DNA of 64,000 nt, from assembly GCF_006345805.1 (NCBI RefSeq), contig NC_043007.1, positions 24,428,001 through 24,492,000 on the forward strand. The letters are read 5' to 3'. The notes beneath the pieces are model-generated. The model searched no databases. It saw only the letters and a list, made by a program, of their open reading frames with translations, and was not told the DNA's origin. Both the position numbers and the translations under genes were made by a program. This stretch comes from Octopus sinensis (Eukaryota). Positions 63,111-64,000 of this stretch are shown here, in pieces. How positions within the stretch are numbered: the stretch's first letter is position 1; the number at the start of each line of letters is the position of its first letter.

Positions 63111-63717
63111 AATGATGATAATGACGCTGATGATGATGATGATAATGATGACGGTGACGATGATGATGACGATGATGACAGCAATGATGATGATCATCAT
63201 TAGTTTGTTTACATCCCTGTAACTTAGCAGTTCAGCAAAAGAGACTGATAGAATAAGTAGCAGACTTAAAAATTAAGTACTAGGGTTGATCTGTCCGACT
63301 AAACCCTTCAAGGTGGTGCCCCAGCATGGCCACAGTCCAATGACTGCAACAAGCAAAAAACGAAAGAAAAGATAAAGAAAGATTACACCTAAATATATGC
63401 AATTTAAAAGTTGAACATTGATACCATTGATACACACAAACACAAGCACAAACACTGCCCCCACCCCATACACACACGGCGTCACACTGTGTCACAGTGA
63501 GGTGTCTGTCTACCTGAGAATTATATTACAGGTGAGAGTGTCAGCGGAATATCTAGCCACTTACACTGTAATGATATATATATAGGTGAGTCTACTTCCT
63601 CAGTACACGTGTATGTGTGTGTGTGTACGCATCTGTGTATATGAAAATAACACGAGTATAAACACACATGTGTATGTATTCTTATATATATATATATATA
63701 TATATAGATATGTACCT

Positions 63718-63804
<87 letters not shown>

Positions 63805-64000
63805 AGGATAAGATTGATATTTGAACACCAATCTTATCAGGTGGCCAGCATGGGAATAAAACCTTTCAAAGGTAGTAATTATTTAAAATTATAATTTAGG
63901 GTATCTAAGAGATACCTCCACGCTGGAAATAGCAGTCAAAACTTGACTCTAAAACCACTTTAAATGTTCATACAGCACCAGGTGCTGTATGAACATTTAA

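Noticed and set aside
63532-63585. 54-nt symmetric exon candidate (GESVSGISSHLHCNDIYI)
   Set aside because: Weak acceptor tract, ends in a TA microsatellite, and the peptide is unrecognised.
1259-63795. Hundreds of ORFs rich in YI/HT/CV/M/I repeats in the ORF track
   Set aside because: They are translations of stop-free microsatellites or SINE bodies, open in several frames on both strands.

Overview
AT-rich animal (eukaryotic) DNA with no recognisable intact protein-coding gene. It looks intronic or intergenic. The SINE repertoire and extreme (TA)/(CA)/(TG)/(GAT)/(TAA) microsatellite load resemble octopus (coleoid cephalopod) genomes; this is an inference. Nearly all ORFs in the supplied track are microsatellite or SINE artefacts. 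The supportable content is at least five SINE families (my labels A-E), decayed non-LTR retrotransposons (RTE, CR1/L2-type, and several R4/Dong-type RLE elements), a dead Tc1/mariner (maT-like) transposon, piggyBac-, hAT- and Helitron-type non-autonomous elements, and several minisatellites. The most unusual observations are: (1) a U6 snRNA 3' end joined through 5 nt to an intron-containing pre-tRNA-Met(CAT) at 1-145 (minus strand); (2) a head-to-tail stack of RLE retrotransposon ends from two families, all inserted into (CATA)n, alongside separate (TAA)n-associated relatives; (3) a LINE/SINE 3' stem-loop showing compensatory changes. All alignments were done by eye, so repeat boundaries are approximate (typically +/-10 bp).
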